The notes under the pieces are model-generated. The model saw only the letters and a program-made list of their open reading frames with translations. It did not search any database and was not told the origin of the DNA. A stretch of 42,213 nt of DNA from Octopus bimaculoides. Lineage: Eukaryota. Of this stretch, positions 23,872 through 36,811 are shown piece after piece (position 1 is the stretch's first letter; each line of letters opens with the position of its first letter). The stretch lies in assembly GCF_001194135.2 (NCBI RefSeq), contig NC_069005.1:12018857-12061069 (forward strand), given 5' to 3'. The translations under genes were made by a program, and so were the position numbers.

Positions 23872-24683
23872 GTGCATAATGGTGTTGGTAGTGTCAGACT
23901 ACGATATATTGACTAAACGATTGCAACTTTGATGAAGGTGTAGAGAGCGAAGAAGGCAAAGAACATATCTGTATCCACAAAGCAAAGCTCTCCTACGGAT
24001 TGTGGTTATTTTCGTCTGAAGTTATTTACATAAAATGAAAATAAAATAATCTAAAAATATAACAATACAAAATATATCTAAAATTGAAGTATTTGTCAAT
24101 TCGGATTAAGTATGTTCAAACGTGAAGGTCAACAAGCTACATCATTTTCAAATCAAGTTGCTTCTACTGATGTTGATTGAAATAATGATTATTATGGTGA
24201 TGACGACTTTGATGATGGTGATATAGATGACCTTAGGGATAGCGATAAAAATAACAAAGATGTAAACTGACACACGTGATGTGGGCGTGCACATACGTAC
24301 ACATACGTACACATACGTACACATAGAGGAACACATAAGTACCTATACATTTTTATCGACATGGGTATCATCATCATTGTTATCACCATCTACAAACACC
24401 ATCATTGCTGGATGGTCCAGATCAGATATATTCCAGCCTCCATGGTAAATGTGTGTGTGTGTATGCGTGCACTTAAGCACTTATGCATGTATACACGTGT
24501 GTATGAGACCGTGCTGCTTATATACACAAACACGTGAGGCTTACTTGCAAGTCTGTGGGTTGGTTAATTTAAAACCTACTAGTATAACCATAGTTGCATA
24601 AACAAACATACATGCAAACATACTTATATATACATATGCATACATATACATAAATACACATATACACATACACACGTATAAAT

Positions 24684-24720
<37 letters not shown>

Positions 24721-24793
24721 ATATTATATATATATACATATATGCATACATGTACATACATATACATATATATATGTATATATATGTACAAAC

Positions 24794-24838
<45 letters not shown>

Positions 24839-24980
24839 CATAGATATAGATATATATACATACATGTATACATGCATATATATGGATTACAGACATATGA
24901 AACTAATAGCTTCATGTATTATATGTACACCTCTAACAACGCCTTTAACCTCCTAAAATTATTTGAAATAAAATGGTTAC

Positions 24981-25110
24981 CTTCGCAAGTAGGATTGCGT
25001 TTGGAGAAAATCCTCTTCAACTGGTCCCTGTTTATATTCATAGCACAGGTAGTTAAACAGAAAATCCATGCGACCAAAAGATATGACTCGAATCTGATTG
25101 TAGTCCTCAT
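24981..25110 (-). CDS. Candidate coding exon, possibly the first coding exon of a secreted protein/propeptide: [43 protein letters not shown]
   Basis: Strong acceptor tttctttctctttttatcag| immediately before ATG (25110), donor AAG|gtaacc after 24981; signal-peptide-like n/h/c pattern and two KR sites. A second frame is also open ([42 protein letters not shown]). No homologue recognised. Confidence 0.45.
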
Positions 25111-26014
25111 CTGATAAAAAGAGAAAGAAATGCATTAATTCAGATTAGTAATTCAATGAATTTAGATAAAAATTGAATTATTTTAAATTTCAAAGTTTTC
25201 TTGGTTTTTAATGGTGAAAGTTTAGTGACATGAATCGTTCCAGTTCCGACTTCCTATCTCCAACGCAAATGATTCCCAGGGAGAGAAAGGTCAGTTCCAC
25301 GTGTGTATCTGTACTGCATTTATGGGCCCTGAAGAGATGTCAGGTAAATTTTACTTTGGATCGCAGACATTCGGAAGAAATATCTTAATGTCGCTTCAAA
25401 TTTTGATCGAGAAAGTACCGTCCAACTATGACCATGTGATCATAATTCCATGCGCAGTGAAAACAACACTGCGTTATCCAAGGTATCAACCTTCTCTAAC
25501 AGAGCAAGATACCTTGCTTCTCATTTTAGCAGATCATTCATACGTGCGAAGACTTCATCATTGGCCTGTCTACTCAAGACGACAGTATTAACAGTACAAG
25601 CTCGTTAATTAGGTAAATTTCTTTAGCTGTTCTTATCTATCAATGAAAATAATGCTACAAGAATAAGAACATCAAAAGCCTTAGACGTTTCGATCATAAT
25701 GAGGTGCAGTGTCTGGTTTAGAAATTGCTTGTTATATTACATATGTTAGTGATAAACTTCATATATCAAAAGAATTCCATAGCACAAATTCTGGATAGTC
25801 GCTTGCAAGCTAGTTAGATACTCATACATGCATACACAGACACACATATACATACATACATACATACATACATGCATAAGTACATACATACAGATATAAG
25901 TATGTGTGTATGTATATATATGTATGTGTGTGTGTGTGTGTGTATATGTGAGCGTGTGTGTATGCGTATGCATGCATATGATATGATATGTATATATATA
26001 TGTGTGTGTAACTG

Positions 26015-26160
26015 CCCGAAACGGTCGTAACTTCAGGGACTTTAGTGAGGAAAGAAGGCCACGAATGACCCGTCTTTTTTCGCCTGTCATTCTAATTGTT
26101 GTTTCTCTTGTCCGTCTTGTATCGCCTATCTGTCCGAATGTTTTATTGTAATCTATTGCG
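26015..26160 (+). mobile_element. Penelope-like terminal fragment; same family as 35690-35845
   Basis: CCCGAAACGGTCGTA (hammerhead 3' half-like); GCCACGAATG and TTGTATCG..ATCTGTCCG.ATG.TTTTATTGT.ATC shared with 35690-35845. Confidence 0.5.
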
Positions 26161-27001
26161 TTTTTGTTCCATATATATATATATATATATATATNNNNNN
26201 NNNNNNNNNNNNNNNNNNNNNNNNNNNNNNNNNNNNNNNNNNNNNNNNNNNNNNNNNNNNNNNNNNNNNNNNNNNNNNNNNNNNNNNNNNNNNNNNNNNN
26301 NNNNNNNNNNNNNNNNNNNNNNNNNNNNNNNNNNNNNNNNNNNNNNNNNNNNNNNNNNNNNNNNNNNNNNNNNNNNNNNNNNNNNNNNNNNNNNNNNNNN
26401 NNNNNNNNNNNNNNNNNNNNNNNNNNNNNNNNNNNNNNNNNTATATATGTATATATATATATTCAATAGACAGATAACTGAAGAGATAGCGGCGTGGCTT
26501 TCCGCCCCGGCAACAGACAAACAACAAACAAACAAACAAACAGCAAATAAAAAGAACACTCGGAAAATATGAAACGAAACTGTGTCCCTGGTAGCATTAT
26601 CCAATTCTAACATTACGAACAGCCTCAAGTATTATTGGTTATCTGTCTTTTGCTATTACAAATAAATATTTTATGATCTTGTTATTGCTTAGCATCCTGC
26701 CCATAGTCATCAAGTAGGTCATTCTAAGTTCTGTTTTATATATATATATATATACTAATCTAAGGTTAGAAAGAAATAAACGTATGTGTTGGCCTTCTCA
26801 TAGGTAGTGCTTTTCCCTATATATGTTCATAAACGTAACATTTTCCCCTTATTCGAGGCTCCGATGAAACTAAAAGGTATTTCTCAAGTAATCAACCATG
26901 AATTCGCTGCATCTTAAATCAGAAACAGCTGTAAGCTAATGAAGTTAATAAGATGACCATTTATTCCTTTGTCATTTTATTTTATTATTACCGCTCCTTA
27001 C

Positions 27002-27076
27002 TCGACTAACACTCCGTTTTGATGCATATGTACATTGAGTTCTACAGACGGTTATTTTATCTAGTCATTAGAAAAT
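27002..27076 (-). other. Possible non-coding (5' UTR) exon
   Basis: Strong acceptor catttattcttttcttatcag|, donor CGA|gtaagg; stops in all three frames; ~1.9 kb upstream of the candidate ATG exon. Confidence 0.2.
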
Positions 27077-28302
27077 CTGATAAGAAAAGAATAAATGTTT
27101 ATCTCATGTACTTCATAAGCTTACAGTTGTTTCTGCTACAAGATGCAGTGCACTCATAGTTGAGTGCTTGAGTAACACGTTATAGATTCATTGGTGACTC
27201 AAATATAAAGTGCAATTTATTTGGGAAAAACATTTACATTTATGCATATAGACAGAAAAGCATTACCAATGAGAAAGCAAGCATGTAGGTGGGGATAAAA
27301 TCCAGGAGCACCTCTCAATTAAAAACCGATGAATCTTAGAATGTGTATAAGAGTAGGTATACTCAGACACAGAAAAGCAGTATAGTTATATCTATCAGTA
27401 AAAATATATGTATGTGTGTATGTATGTGTACAAATATATACATGTATATATGCAAATATATATACATACATATATACATATATTTACACATACACACACG
27501 AAAATATTCCCACAGAAACACACATACAAACATATATTTACATACACATTTAATTGTAAAATTTCCAAAACTTGTGACAGCAGCCTAAACGAACCATTGT
27601 TCTGGTCATAGTTAGGAAACTCGTCCGTATAATTTCAGGGCTTTAACTTCTTGGGTCAAATAATGCTGGTTGGCAACGGGAAGAGATAATAATTTGTTCA
27701 GGTTCGAATACAACCAAGTTGGTAATGAAATATTTTAATTATCATCGCACAGTTGATCCTCAGGGGCTAAACAGAATTTAAAATGGGGCTCCTTCAGTTT
27801 TCCTGTTATTATTTTTTTTTACTGATTAATTTATATAAATTGTTATATTCACTTCTGAATAACAATTTTATAAGCTATTTTCAACCGCTTGTCGAACTTA
27901 TGTTTCATTATGCTTTTATTAGCTCTATTGGGTAAATTGCCTTTAGCCAACTCCAGTTGCCCGGATCCTGACCTCCTTCGTCTACGTTGGATTTGGGGTA
28001 TCGGGCCTGCCTGAGCACTTATTGTCTGTATCCAGTATACTCCATTTTATTTAAAGCATTGTTACCCACTATATATATCCCATGTAAGATTATAACTCTC
28101 CCTTTGTTCTCTGTGTCTCTCTGTCTATGCTCCCCTCTATCGTTCTACCTATCTTTTTTATCCTTCCATCTATCCAAATATCGGATATCGGATATATGTT
28201 ATGTATGTATGTATGTATAAATATTTGTATATTTTTGTATCAATAGGCTGTGAAGCACAATGAATTGGTTTAACATGAAGACTAGATACCGAACTTTCTC
28301 AA

Positions 28303-28327
28303 TAATTTCCCTCGTCGAGGGAAATTA
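28303..28327. repeat. Near-palindrome, 12-bp arms, 1-nt spacer
   Basis: TAATTTCCCTCG-T-CGAGGGAAATTA. Confidence 0.9.
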
Positions 28328-28459
28328 CGGAGTTTATAGACTTAGAGGGAGAAACATAATCTATGATAATCTATTTACTTAGCACTATCGGTACTAAATA
28401 AATATACTGTTCATCATTCTATATAACAGAGTATCTCTTTATATATATATATATATAAT

Positions 28460-28514
<55 letters not shown>

Positions 28515-28739
28515 GTATGTATGTATGTATATATATATATACATAGATGCATACTTAATTACCTAGATGCATAGATGCATACCCACATAGATATACACAC
28601 ACATGCACATACACCCACGCGCACACACGCACATGCAAACACCTACACATAGTCCTACGCACACACAAACGCACATATAAACACACACGCATATATACAT
28701 AGCAGGCTTATTAATTAGTTTCTATGTCTACCTACATTC

Positions 28740-28977
28740 CCACAGCCAATCAAGTCTATCCATCTCTCTATTTATCTTGCTAGCAAGCTAAGTATATATC
28801 TACCTGTTTATCTATCTTTCTACCAAAGTCTCTCTCTCTCTCTCTCTCTCTCTTTATATCTGCCTGTCTGTCAGTCGGTCAATATTTAGGTCTGATTATT
28901 GTCTTCTACTCCCTTAATTGCAATTTAATAATTATCTGTTTACTCTTATTTCTTCTTAAGTATTATCTGTATTTTTT

Positions 28978-29014
<37 letters not shown>

Positions 29015-29600
29015 TGTCTCAGTATACCTTCATATCTTTCACTCCCTTCCTCCCTCTATTTTTACTCCTCATTCCCCTTCCATTTAAGGACCTTTTCATC
29101 ACTCCCTTTCTCCATTCTGCTATTCTTCGTTTCTTCGATATCTAACCCTCTTCTCACTAACTTCAACTTTCTTCCTTTCTTTCTATTCACCATTTCTACT
29201 TCTTCCAATCAATCTGTCTCTCATTTATCCGTTACTCGTGTGTATATATATATCGATATCAAATTCATTCCCTCCAACTCATTTTTTTTCTTTCTGTATA
29301 TAACTCCTACCAACTTTACACACACGCTCTCTCTTTCCGTCCCCCTCTTCTACATCTTCCTTTTTCTCCACGTGTCCCCATTACTCGTACTCCTTCGCTA
29401 GCCCATTCTCAATTTTCTATTTCCTCTTACGCTTTCAGTTTTACTTCATCTCTCATCATATTTACTCCAAATGCCTCTTTCACTCACACTCACAGTCCCT
29501 CTCTTCCCTCCCTCCATATGCTTCTTTCTCTACTTTACCTCTCCCACTCTGACTCTCTCTCTCTCTCTCTCTCCCCAACTCTACCTGATCCTCCACATAC
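28740..29600. repeat. Long pyrimidine-rich (CT) low-complexity tract
   Basis: Strong C/T strand bias with (CT)n runs at ~28830, ~28982 and ~29553. Confidence 0.8.
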
Positions 29601-30195
29601 GTTCTCTTTCAAACTATTCCTTATTCCTCAATGAATACTTAAACGAGGAATATATCAACACATTCTAATTCGATCCATTCGAAAATTAGCATGCAAGAAA
29701 AAAAAAATAAATAAATAAATAAGGAGCATCAACTGACAAATATAAAAAATAATATATTGTTACCACTGAAATATTAACTTCTCACCGAAAGAAATTTATT
29801 AACATTCTAATCGATAAGATATTTCGGTTTAGAAAAATCTTCTCAAACACACCTAAAAAAACACACACACACACATATATACATGTGCACCATATCATTG
29901 TCAGGTGAGTTATTTAAGAATTAGTTCAGGTCTAAATTCTATGCATCACATTCTCATTCAAATATTATAATGTTCTATAAATGGGAGAACCAGACGACAA
30001 GACGGCAAGTATGAAATAAAAAGTAAGGTGGAGATAACTACAGCAGACGACACCCATTTGTAAAGGAAAGACAATCGACAGGAAAGGGTAAAGTAACTAA
30101 CAAACGATAGACAAGTATGGAATAACATGTGCTGAAAATGGATAACATGACAACCGTTGTTGTTTAGCCATAGACAGACTAGTTTTGGTCAAGCC

Positions 30196-30395
30196 GATCA
30201 TTCTTTCAGCAATAGGCACAAGGCCTGAAACAGACGATCACATCGATTCCAGTGCTGAGCCGTTACTTATTTTATCGACCTCAAGAGGGAGAAAGGCTAA
30301 GTAAAACACTGGAATTTCAACTCACAACATAAAAAACCGGAAGAAATGCCACTCGCCCCTTGATCCAACATGATAGCCATTCTGCCGTCTCGCCG
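30196..30395 (-). mobile_element. SINE type 2, diverged copy
   Basis: ATAGGCACAAGGCCTGAAA...TTACTTATTTTATCGACC...GAAAGGC...GAATTTCAACTCAC...ATTCTGCCGTCTCGCC is the reverse of the type-2 sequence. Confidence 0.8.
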
Positions 30396-31067
30396 CATTT
30401 GAGTTAGACAACAAATAGAAATTGCTCTTATTCATAATTATCCTGTTCCTTTAGAAATTGTGTTTATATGATCACACTATGTAACGTGCGAGGGAAGTGT
30501 ATATAAGTTCAACTGATCCACGGGAACCAATAACAAATTTTCTCTGAAATCATATAACGTACAGTATTTCAGAATAACGGATTATTGAGAGGAAATAGGG
30601 AACAAGAAACGAGAAGAGAAAGAAAACCAGGGGAGAGGGAGAGAGAGAGAGAAACAAAAAGCAAAAACAAAAAGACCAAGAGAAAGAAAGAGAGAGATGA
30701 GGAGAGAGAGAGAGAAACAGACGAAGAGACACAAAGAAATAGGGCGCGGAATAAGTAAGCAAACAGTTTGGAAACATGTTACAACGCAAAGAAAGGTAGA
30801 TAACCAGCAGATATCATAAATGTATCCTTGAAAATGTGCACTACCGTTACACATGACTAATTTATACGCTCCACTTACTGAAATAAAGAAAAAATCTACA
30901 AAAAAACAAGGAATAATGAAATGAATAGTTTTTAACGATTCACTCCATCCTACACATTATCAAGGTTAATTGTTAAAGAGTAAGAGAGAAAAAAAGTGTC
31001 TATTGGAGATGGAGGAGTCGCGGGTTCGAATAGAGTACAATGTCACCATTCAATGGATATTATATAT

Positions 31068-31220
31068 ATGCCGGACCTTTGAATAACAACACATTGCTGC
31101 CAGCTGAATGGAATGGAACAATGTGAAGTAAAGTGTCTTGATCAAGGACACAACGCTCTGCCAGAAATCGAACTCACGATCACGAGCCAATTACCATCAC
31201 CACTAAGCCATGAGCCTTCA
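31068..31220 (-). mobile_element. SINE type 3 head and central domain
   Basis: GCCAGCTGAATGGAATGGAACAATGTGAAGTAAAGTGTCTTGATCAAGGACAC...GAAATCGAACTCACGATC...CCACTAAGCCA is the reverse of 41215-41360. Confidence 0.8.
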
Positions 31221-31502
31221 CACATGTATATATACACATATATGTATATATTTCACACATATGCATACACACCTATGCATATACTTTTACATAAAATACT
31301 TGTTTGTGTGTATTGTGTATAAATATAAATATATAGATATATGGGTAAATATGTATATCTATATATTGCTGTGCCTAGGGAGAGTCATCATGCCAATATA
31401 ACTAACACACGCATTGGTTTCATTTCCAATCGTTTATTATTAGTCAATTGGTTGAATAGCCAACTAACTAGTCGATTTTTCAATTTCTTGGTTATTATTT
31501 TC

Positions 31503-31662
31503 GCCTGTGTTTACGTTGAGTTCAAATTCCGCCGAGGTCGACTTTGCCTTTCATCCTTTGAGAATCGATAAATTAAGTACCAGTTACGTACAGGGGTCGA
31601 TCTAATCGACTGCCCCCTCCTCCAAAAAATTTCGGGCTTTGTGCCTAAAGTAGAAAAGAATT
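31503..31662 (+). mobile_element. SINE type 2, low-divergence 3' two-thirds
   Basis: GAGTTCAAATTCCGCCGAGGTCGACTTTGCCTTTCATCCTTT...GATAAATTAAGTACCAG...GGGGTCGATCTAATCGAC...GGCTTTGTGCCTAAAGTAGAAAAG. Confidence 0.9.
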
Positions 31663-32180
31663 TCTTAGTTATTGTTTGCCAACGTTTTCAATGGCTGTTG
31701 ACTTCGTTCGTTATAGAGGCCGGGTTTGTCTGCTGGAGAACTTGTTACAGGCGTATGTGTGCCAGCATGTGCATGTTCGTATGTATATATGTATGCATGT
31801 ATGTATGCATGTATGTATGTATTCCAATTATCTATGTTTTTGTGTGTGCGTGCTTGTCTGTTTGTGTATGCATGTATGTGTGTATGACTCTTGGTGTGTG
31901 CACCTCTACTTGCTTGTGTGTACGTATTTGACTGTGTCTACGTGTATGAGTTTGTGTGAGTATGCAAAAGCCTCTATTGTGTGTGCACGTGTGCATATAT
32001 GTGTTTTTTGTGTATGCGTGTATATGGAGTGTGTGTGTATATATACGGTCGTGTGTTTCTGTGTCCTTATGTGTGTGTAAGGGGAGATGCGTGTGCTTGT
32101 CTGTCCGCACAAACTACGTACTTCCCTACATAGATACGTACCTATCTATCTGCCTATCTGTCTATCTGTCTTACTGCCTG

Positions 32181-32226
<46 letters not shown>

Positions 32227-33783
32227 TATACCTACCTACCTACCTACCCACTTCTCTACCAACATACCAACTTACCTACTTATCTACTTATTAGCTTCTC
32301 TATCTTGCCACTTGTCTTCCTGCCTACAGATGTATCAAGAAAGAAACTTCTTCAGAAAATTATATTCCCATAACGATATCGATATTTCAGTATTATTTAT
32401 ATTCCTGACGAATTTGAACACTAAAATCGAATTCGTGAGATCATTTGAAGTATACACACCAAGTTATAGTATAATCTAGATTTAATGGTAAATGTTTTCT
32501 TATATTACATTGAGATAAAGAAAATTTCCATCGCCTTTTAATCATAACGAGCCAAGACCTGCAGCTATATTTCACGTTTCATAGGTGAGGGTTGTCGCAT
32601 ACAGATATTAGTATATAATAGTGCTTAGATATTTTCCAACTCACAGTAGAAACGTGATATACGTACACTAACACGTGAATGCATACATTGGTTTATACGC
32701 CCCGCCCCCACACACAATATACGTACGAACATAAGTGCACATACATATATTTATACACATATATATATATATATATATTGTCTACTAACACAAACACATA
32801 TGTGTAGCCCTCATGAAATTAATGAAAGATTTACCTATTCCAAAGTAAATTATACATCAAGCTATATATNNNNNNNNNNNNNNNNNNNNNNNNNNNNNNN
32901 NNNNNNNNNNNNNNNNNNNNNNNNNNNNNNNNNNNNNNNNNNNNNNNNNNNNNNNNNNNNNNNNNNNNNNNNNNNNNNNNNNNNNNNNNNNNNNNNNNNN
33001 NNNNNNNNNNNNNNNNNNNNNNNNNNNNNNNNNNNNNNNNNNNNNNNNNNNNNNNNNNNNNNNNNNNNNNNNNNNNNNNNNNNNNNNNNNNNNNNNNNNN
33101 NNNNNNNNNNNNNNNNNNNNNNNNNNNNNNNNNNNNNNNNNNNNNNNNNNNNNNNNNNNNNNNNNNNNNNNNNNNNNNNNNNNNNNNNNNNNNNNNNNNN
33201 NNNNNNNNNNNNNNNNNNNNNNNNNNNNNNNNNNNNNNNNNNNNNNNNNNNNNNNNNNNNNNNNNNNNNNNNNNNNNNNNNNNNNNNNNNNNNNNNNNNN
33301 NNNNNNNNNNNNNNNNNNNNNNNNNNNNNNNNNNNNNNNNNNNNNNNNNNNNNNNNNNNNNNNNNNNNNNNNNNNNNNNNNNNNNNNNNNNNNNNNNNNN
33401 NNNNNNNNNNNNNNNNNNNNNNNNNNNNNNNNNNNNNNNNNNNNNNNNNNNNNNNNNNNNNNNNNNNNNNNNNNNNNNNNNNNNNNNNNNNNNNNNNNNN
33501 NNNNNNNNNNNNNNNNNNNNNNNNNNNNNNNNNNNNNNNNNNNNNNNNNNNNNNNNNNNNNNNNNNNNNNNNNNNNNNNNNNNNNNNNNNNNNNNNNNNN
33601 NNNNNNNNNNNNNNNNNNNNNNNNNNNNNNNNNNNNNNNNNNNNNNNNNNNNNNNNNNNNNNNNNNNNNNNNNNNNNNNNNNNNNNNNNNNNNNNNNNNN
33701 NNNNNNNNNNNNNNNNNNNNNNNNNNNNNNNNNNNNNNNNNNNNNNNNNNNNNNNNNNNNNNNNNNNNNNNNNNNNNNNNNNN

Positions 33784-33817
<34 letters not shown>

Positions 33818-34079
33818 CTGCCTGTATACATGCATGCATAATGTATGTAACTCGATTTGACTCAATGGCATTGATTGTCTTTTCTCGCTACAATTCAATA
33901 GAGCCGCTGGTACGCAAACATTTTTTATACATTTTAAGTTCTTCTTGTGGCATGCAGCATTTGCTTAGATATGACAATGACTGCCTCTTGTCGCAGCTGT
34001 TTAGAGATCTTACCAGTTACGTCTTTTCATTGTTTGTTTATATCCCATTCGACAGCATCCACTCATCTTGTACAACGCA

Positions 34080-34400
34080 TAAACCGACATTCGGTCGGTC
34101 ATGACTGAGTACACTTGCTGATTCGCTCATCGGAGCAGCCTGATCGTGAAATTAAACTTTGCAAATGGCTGAGCACTCCACGAACACACGTACGTTTAGC
34201 GTAGTTTTCAGGAAGATTCAGGGTGACGACGTATATGAGAAAACTGGCCCTTTTGAATAACAGACACAACTCACTTTTGCCATCTAAGTCGACTAGAGCA
34301 ACATGATTTTAAGTGTCACGTACACAATGAGAAGCCGCGAACCGAACTCACGATCATAAGGTTGTGAGCCGAAAGTCCCTAACCACTAAACCACGCACCT
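34080..34400 (-). mobile_element. SINE type 3, near full length, diverged
   Basis: Head AACCACTAAACCACGCACC / GAACTCACGATC; body GGCTGAGCACTCCACGAACACACGTAC and AAACTGGCCCTTTTGAATA are the reverse of 41215-41535. Confidence 0.8.
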
Positions 34401-34611
34401 TCACACAGGACTTAATAAAGATGCTGAAAGTCAAGTCATGCCTGTGCCTGGAGCTTTTTAAAGAGCAAAATAGTCTTGCACAGAGCCAATCCCACTCTTT
34501 AAACAAAGTATGCATTTCCCGAAAAAGAATGCCAGTCGAGATTGTTGACTCTAATGAAGTCTCACGTGCTGCACCCCAATTTTATTTCTCATAGAATGAT
34601 GTCTGAAGAAA

Positions 34612-34762
34612 GGTGGAGTGTCTGCCACCATCCCCTGCCGGAACCTCGTGGAGCTTTGGGTGTTTTCGCTCAATAAACACTCACAATGCCCGGACTGGGA
34701 ATCGAAACCGCGATCCTATGACCGCGAGTCCGCTGCCCTAACCACTGGGCCATTGCGCCTCC
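34612..34762 (-). mobile_element. SINE type 4: well-preserved tRNA-derived head, 3'-truncated
   Basis: Minus strand GGAGGCGCAATGGCCCAGTGGTTAGGGCAGCGGACTCGCGGTCATAGGATCGCGGTTTCGATTCCC...; A-box at 34742-34752, B-box at 34697-34709; continues into non-tRNA sequence rather than a tRNA acceptor end. Confidence 0.85.
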
Positions 34763-35206
34763 GGTTATTCGTATTACAAATATCGTAATGTACATATATG
34801 CAAATGATGATCGAAAACGATAGAAAGAAGAGCACAGAAAACTTCTACTTAAAATGCTTGCAATACAATCATGCAAACCGTATTGACTATTCGTTATTGT
34901 TCTCTTAAGAGAGAAATTTGAAACTCAAAAGAAAAATAGCTCATTGTTTCACAGTACCACCTAGAAATTTTGTTCTGAAGGAGAAAATATCCCCATATCA
35001 ATCACATTCTTGTAAAGTTATCGTGTGATACATACATGCAAACACATACACTCACACATATTAACGTAATATATACATAGATATATCACATATATAAACA
35101 AATATATACATATGTATAAATACTTGTATATGTATATATTGAGATATATGCATATACATCTTGGAATTCTCTTTCTTTAATCTCCTTACTTCCCCTCTGT
35201 TATCTC

Positions 35207-35294
35207 CCTTGTAACTTTCCCTCTGCCTCTTCCTCTCTCTCTCTCNNNNNNNNNNCCTTGTAACTTTCCCTCTGCCTCTTCCTCTCTCTCTCTC
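35207..35294. other. Probable assembly artefact: 39-bp sequence duplicated across a 10-N gap
   Basis: CCTTGTAACTTTCCCTCTGCCTCTTCCTCTCTCTCTCTC at 35207-35245 and 35256-35294. Confidence 0.8.
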
Positions 35295-35689
35295 TCTCTC
35301 TCTCTCTAGTTCCTTCCATAATTCTTCAGTCCCTCTACTCCATACCTCTCTCTGTTCCTCCCACGTGCTCGCTCCTCGGCCATGCACGATCTTTCTTCTT
35401 GGCCTGACCGCCGCTCGCAACACCTTATTTTCCCGATCTCCTGACTATCATCTATGTTTGTTGCCGTAAAGGCTTCCACTTCACGCGCCAGCTTAACTTA
35501 ACTTGTTCTTTTAGTCGAAAGACACCTATAGTTAATCTTGTTTGTATTTGTAATCGTGTAACTTCTTCTCCGTTTCCTCATTCCTTTTTTGTCCGTGTTG
35601 TCGCACAAATTCCCTCGCTGTCTTCCAAAAATTTAATGCCCTTAGTTTAGATTTTTGGGGGTCAACCAATTTTGAACAGTCTCAAGTGT

Positions 35690-35845
35690 AATAGGCCGAA
35701 ACTGTAGTGATGACTGGAAGCTTGACTGATGAACAGAAAGCCACGAATGTTCCATCCTGCTTTCTCTGCCTGTCTTTGTATCGTCCATCTGTCCGTATGA
35801 TTTTATTGTCATCCGTTACGCCCTTCTTCCGTTTTTCTTATTTAT
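35690..35845 (+). mobile_element. Penelope-like terminal fragment; same family as 26015-26160
   Basis: GGCCGAAACTGTAGT followed by CTGATGAA; downstream sequence aligns with 26040-26160. Confidence 0.5.
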
Positions 35846-36585
35846 ATGAGTGTGTGTGTGTGTGTGTGAGTGTGTGTGTATGTGCGTGTGTGTGTATACG
35901 CGTACGTTTTGTAGTATTTAATGCATTTTTCATTCATTGAGTAATTGAACGCTATGCATCCTGACTTTTGTTAATAACTTTTTATATATTTTTTGTGACT
36001 TTATCTTCTTTCTTTCTCTCTCCACCTCATATTCCCTTTCTAGCATCCTTACTTCTCCTCTCCCCCACTCTCGTCTCCTCACTCTTAATTGTAGACTTTC
36101 TCCCTTCCTCCTTCCTCCTTCCTTCCTTCATTCCTTCCTTCCTTCCTACCTACCCTGTTCTCTTTGCCGCTCTCTCTCCTTCTCTCTCTCATCCTCCTAC
36201 CCTTCTATCTGCTGCCCACACTTGACCAGTGACTGGTTTTCTCATCTCTGCTTTTACAGCAGCGGACGCTTGGCCGGTCAACGTTTTCTCTTCTCTTACT
36301 ATCTCTCTTTGTATATCCATTGAGGATTCTTCCTGTATTTACTCCGTCTTCGTCTATCGTTTCAAATTACATTTATTTACTTTCGTACGTCCGCCCTGTG
36401 TTGGGATGTTTGCTCGAGCCCTAAACTTCTCCGTAAATTTTGCGGGTCCCACCGATATACAAAGTTCTTAGTCTTATTATTAAAGGCTCGAAACTGAGTA
36501 TTAGTAGTTTTCGTCGACAACTGAGGAAGAATTGGGGTCCTGTATGTATATATATATATGTATATATATATATAGTTATATATAA

Positions 36586-36811
<226 letters not shown>

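Noticed and set aside
24167-24407. GAT-rich tract followed by a CAT-rich tract (possible foldback)
   Set aside because: Only low-complexity complementarity between decayed trinucleotide repeats.
25229-25591. 121-codon stop-free plus-strand frame (FRLPISNAND...VYSRRQY) with two GT donor-like sites
   Set aside because: No ATG-initiated recognisable protein, weak acceptor, splice phases do not join sensibly; a frame this long can occur by chance in 42 kb.
26478-26590. CTGAAGA ... CGAAACTGTGTC as a hammerhead
   Set aside because: Neither stem I nor stem II can pair.
34400-34610. Frames open on both strands between two SINEs
   Set aside because: Putative splice sites coincide with SINE edges; peptides unrecognisable.
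34690-34762. tRNA gene call
   Set aside because: No proper acceptor stem; continues into SINE body sequence.
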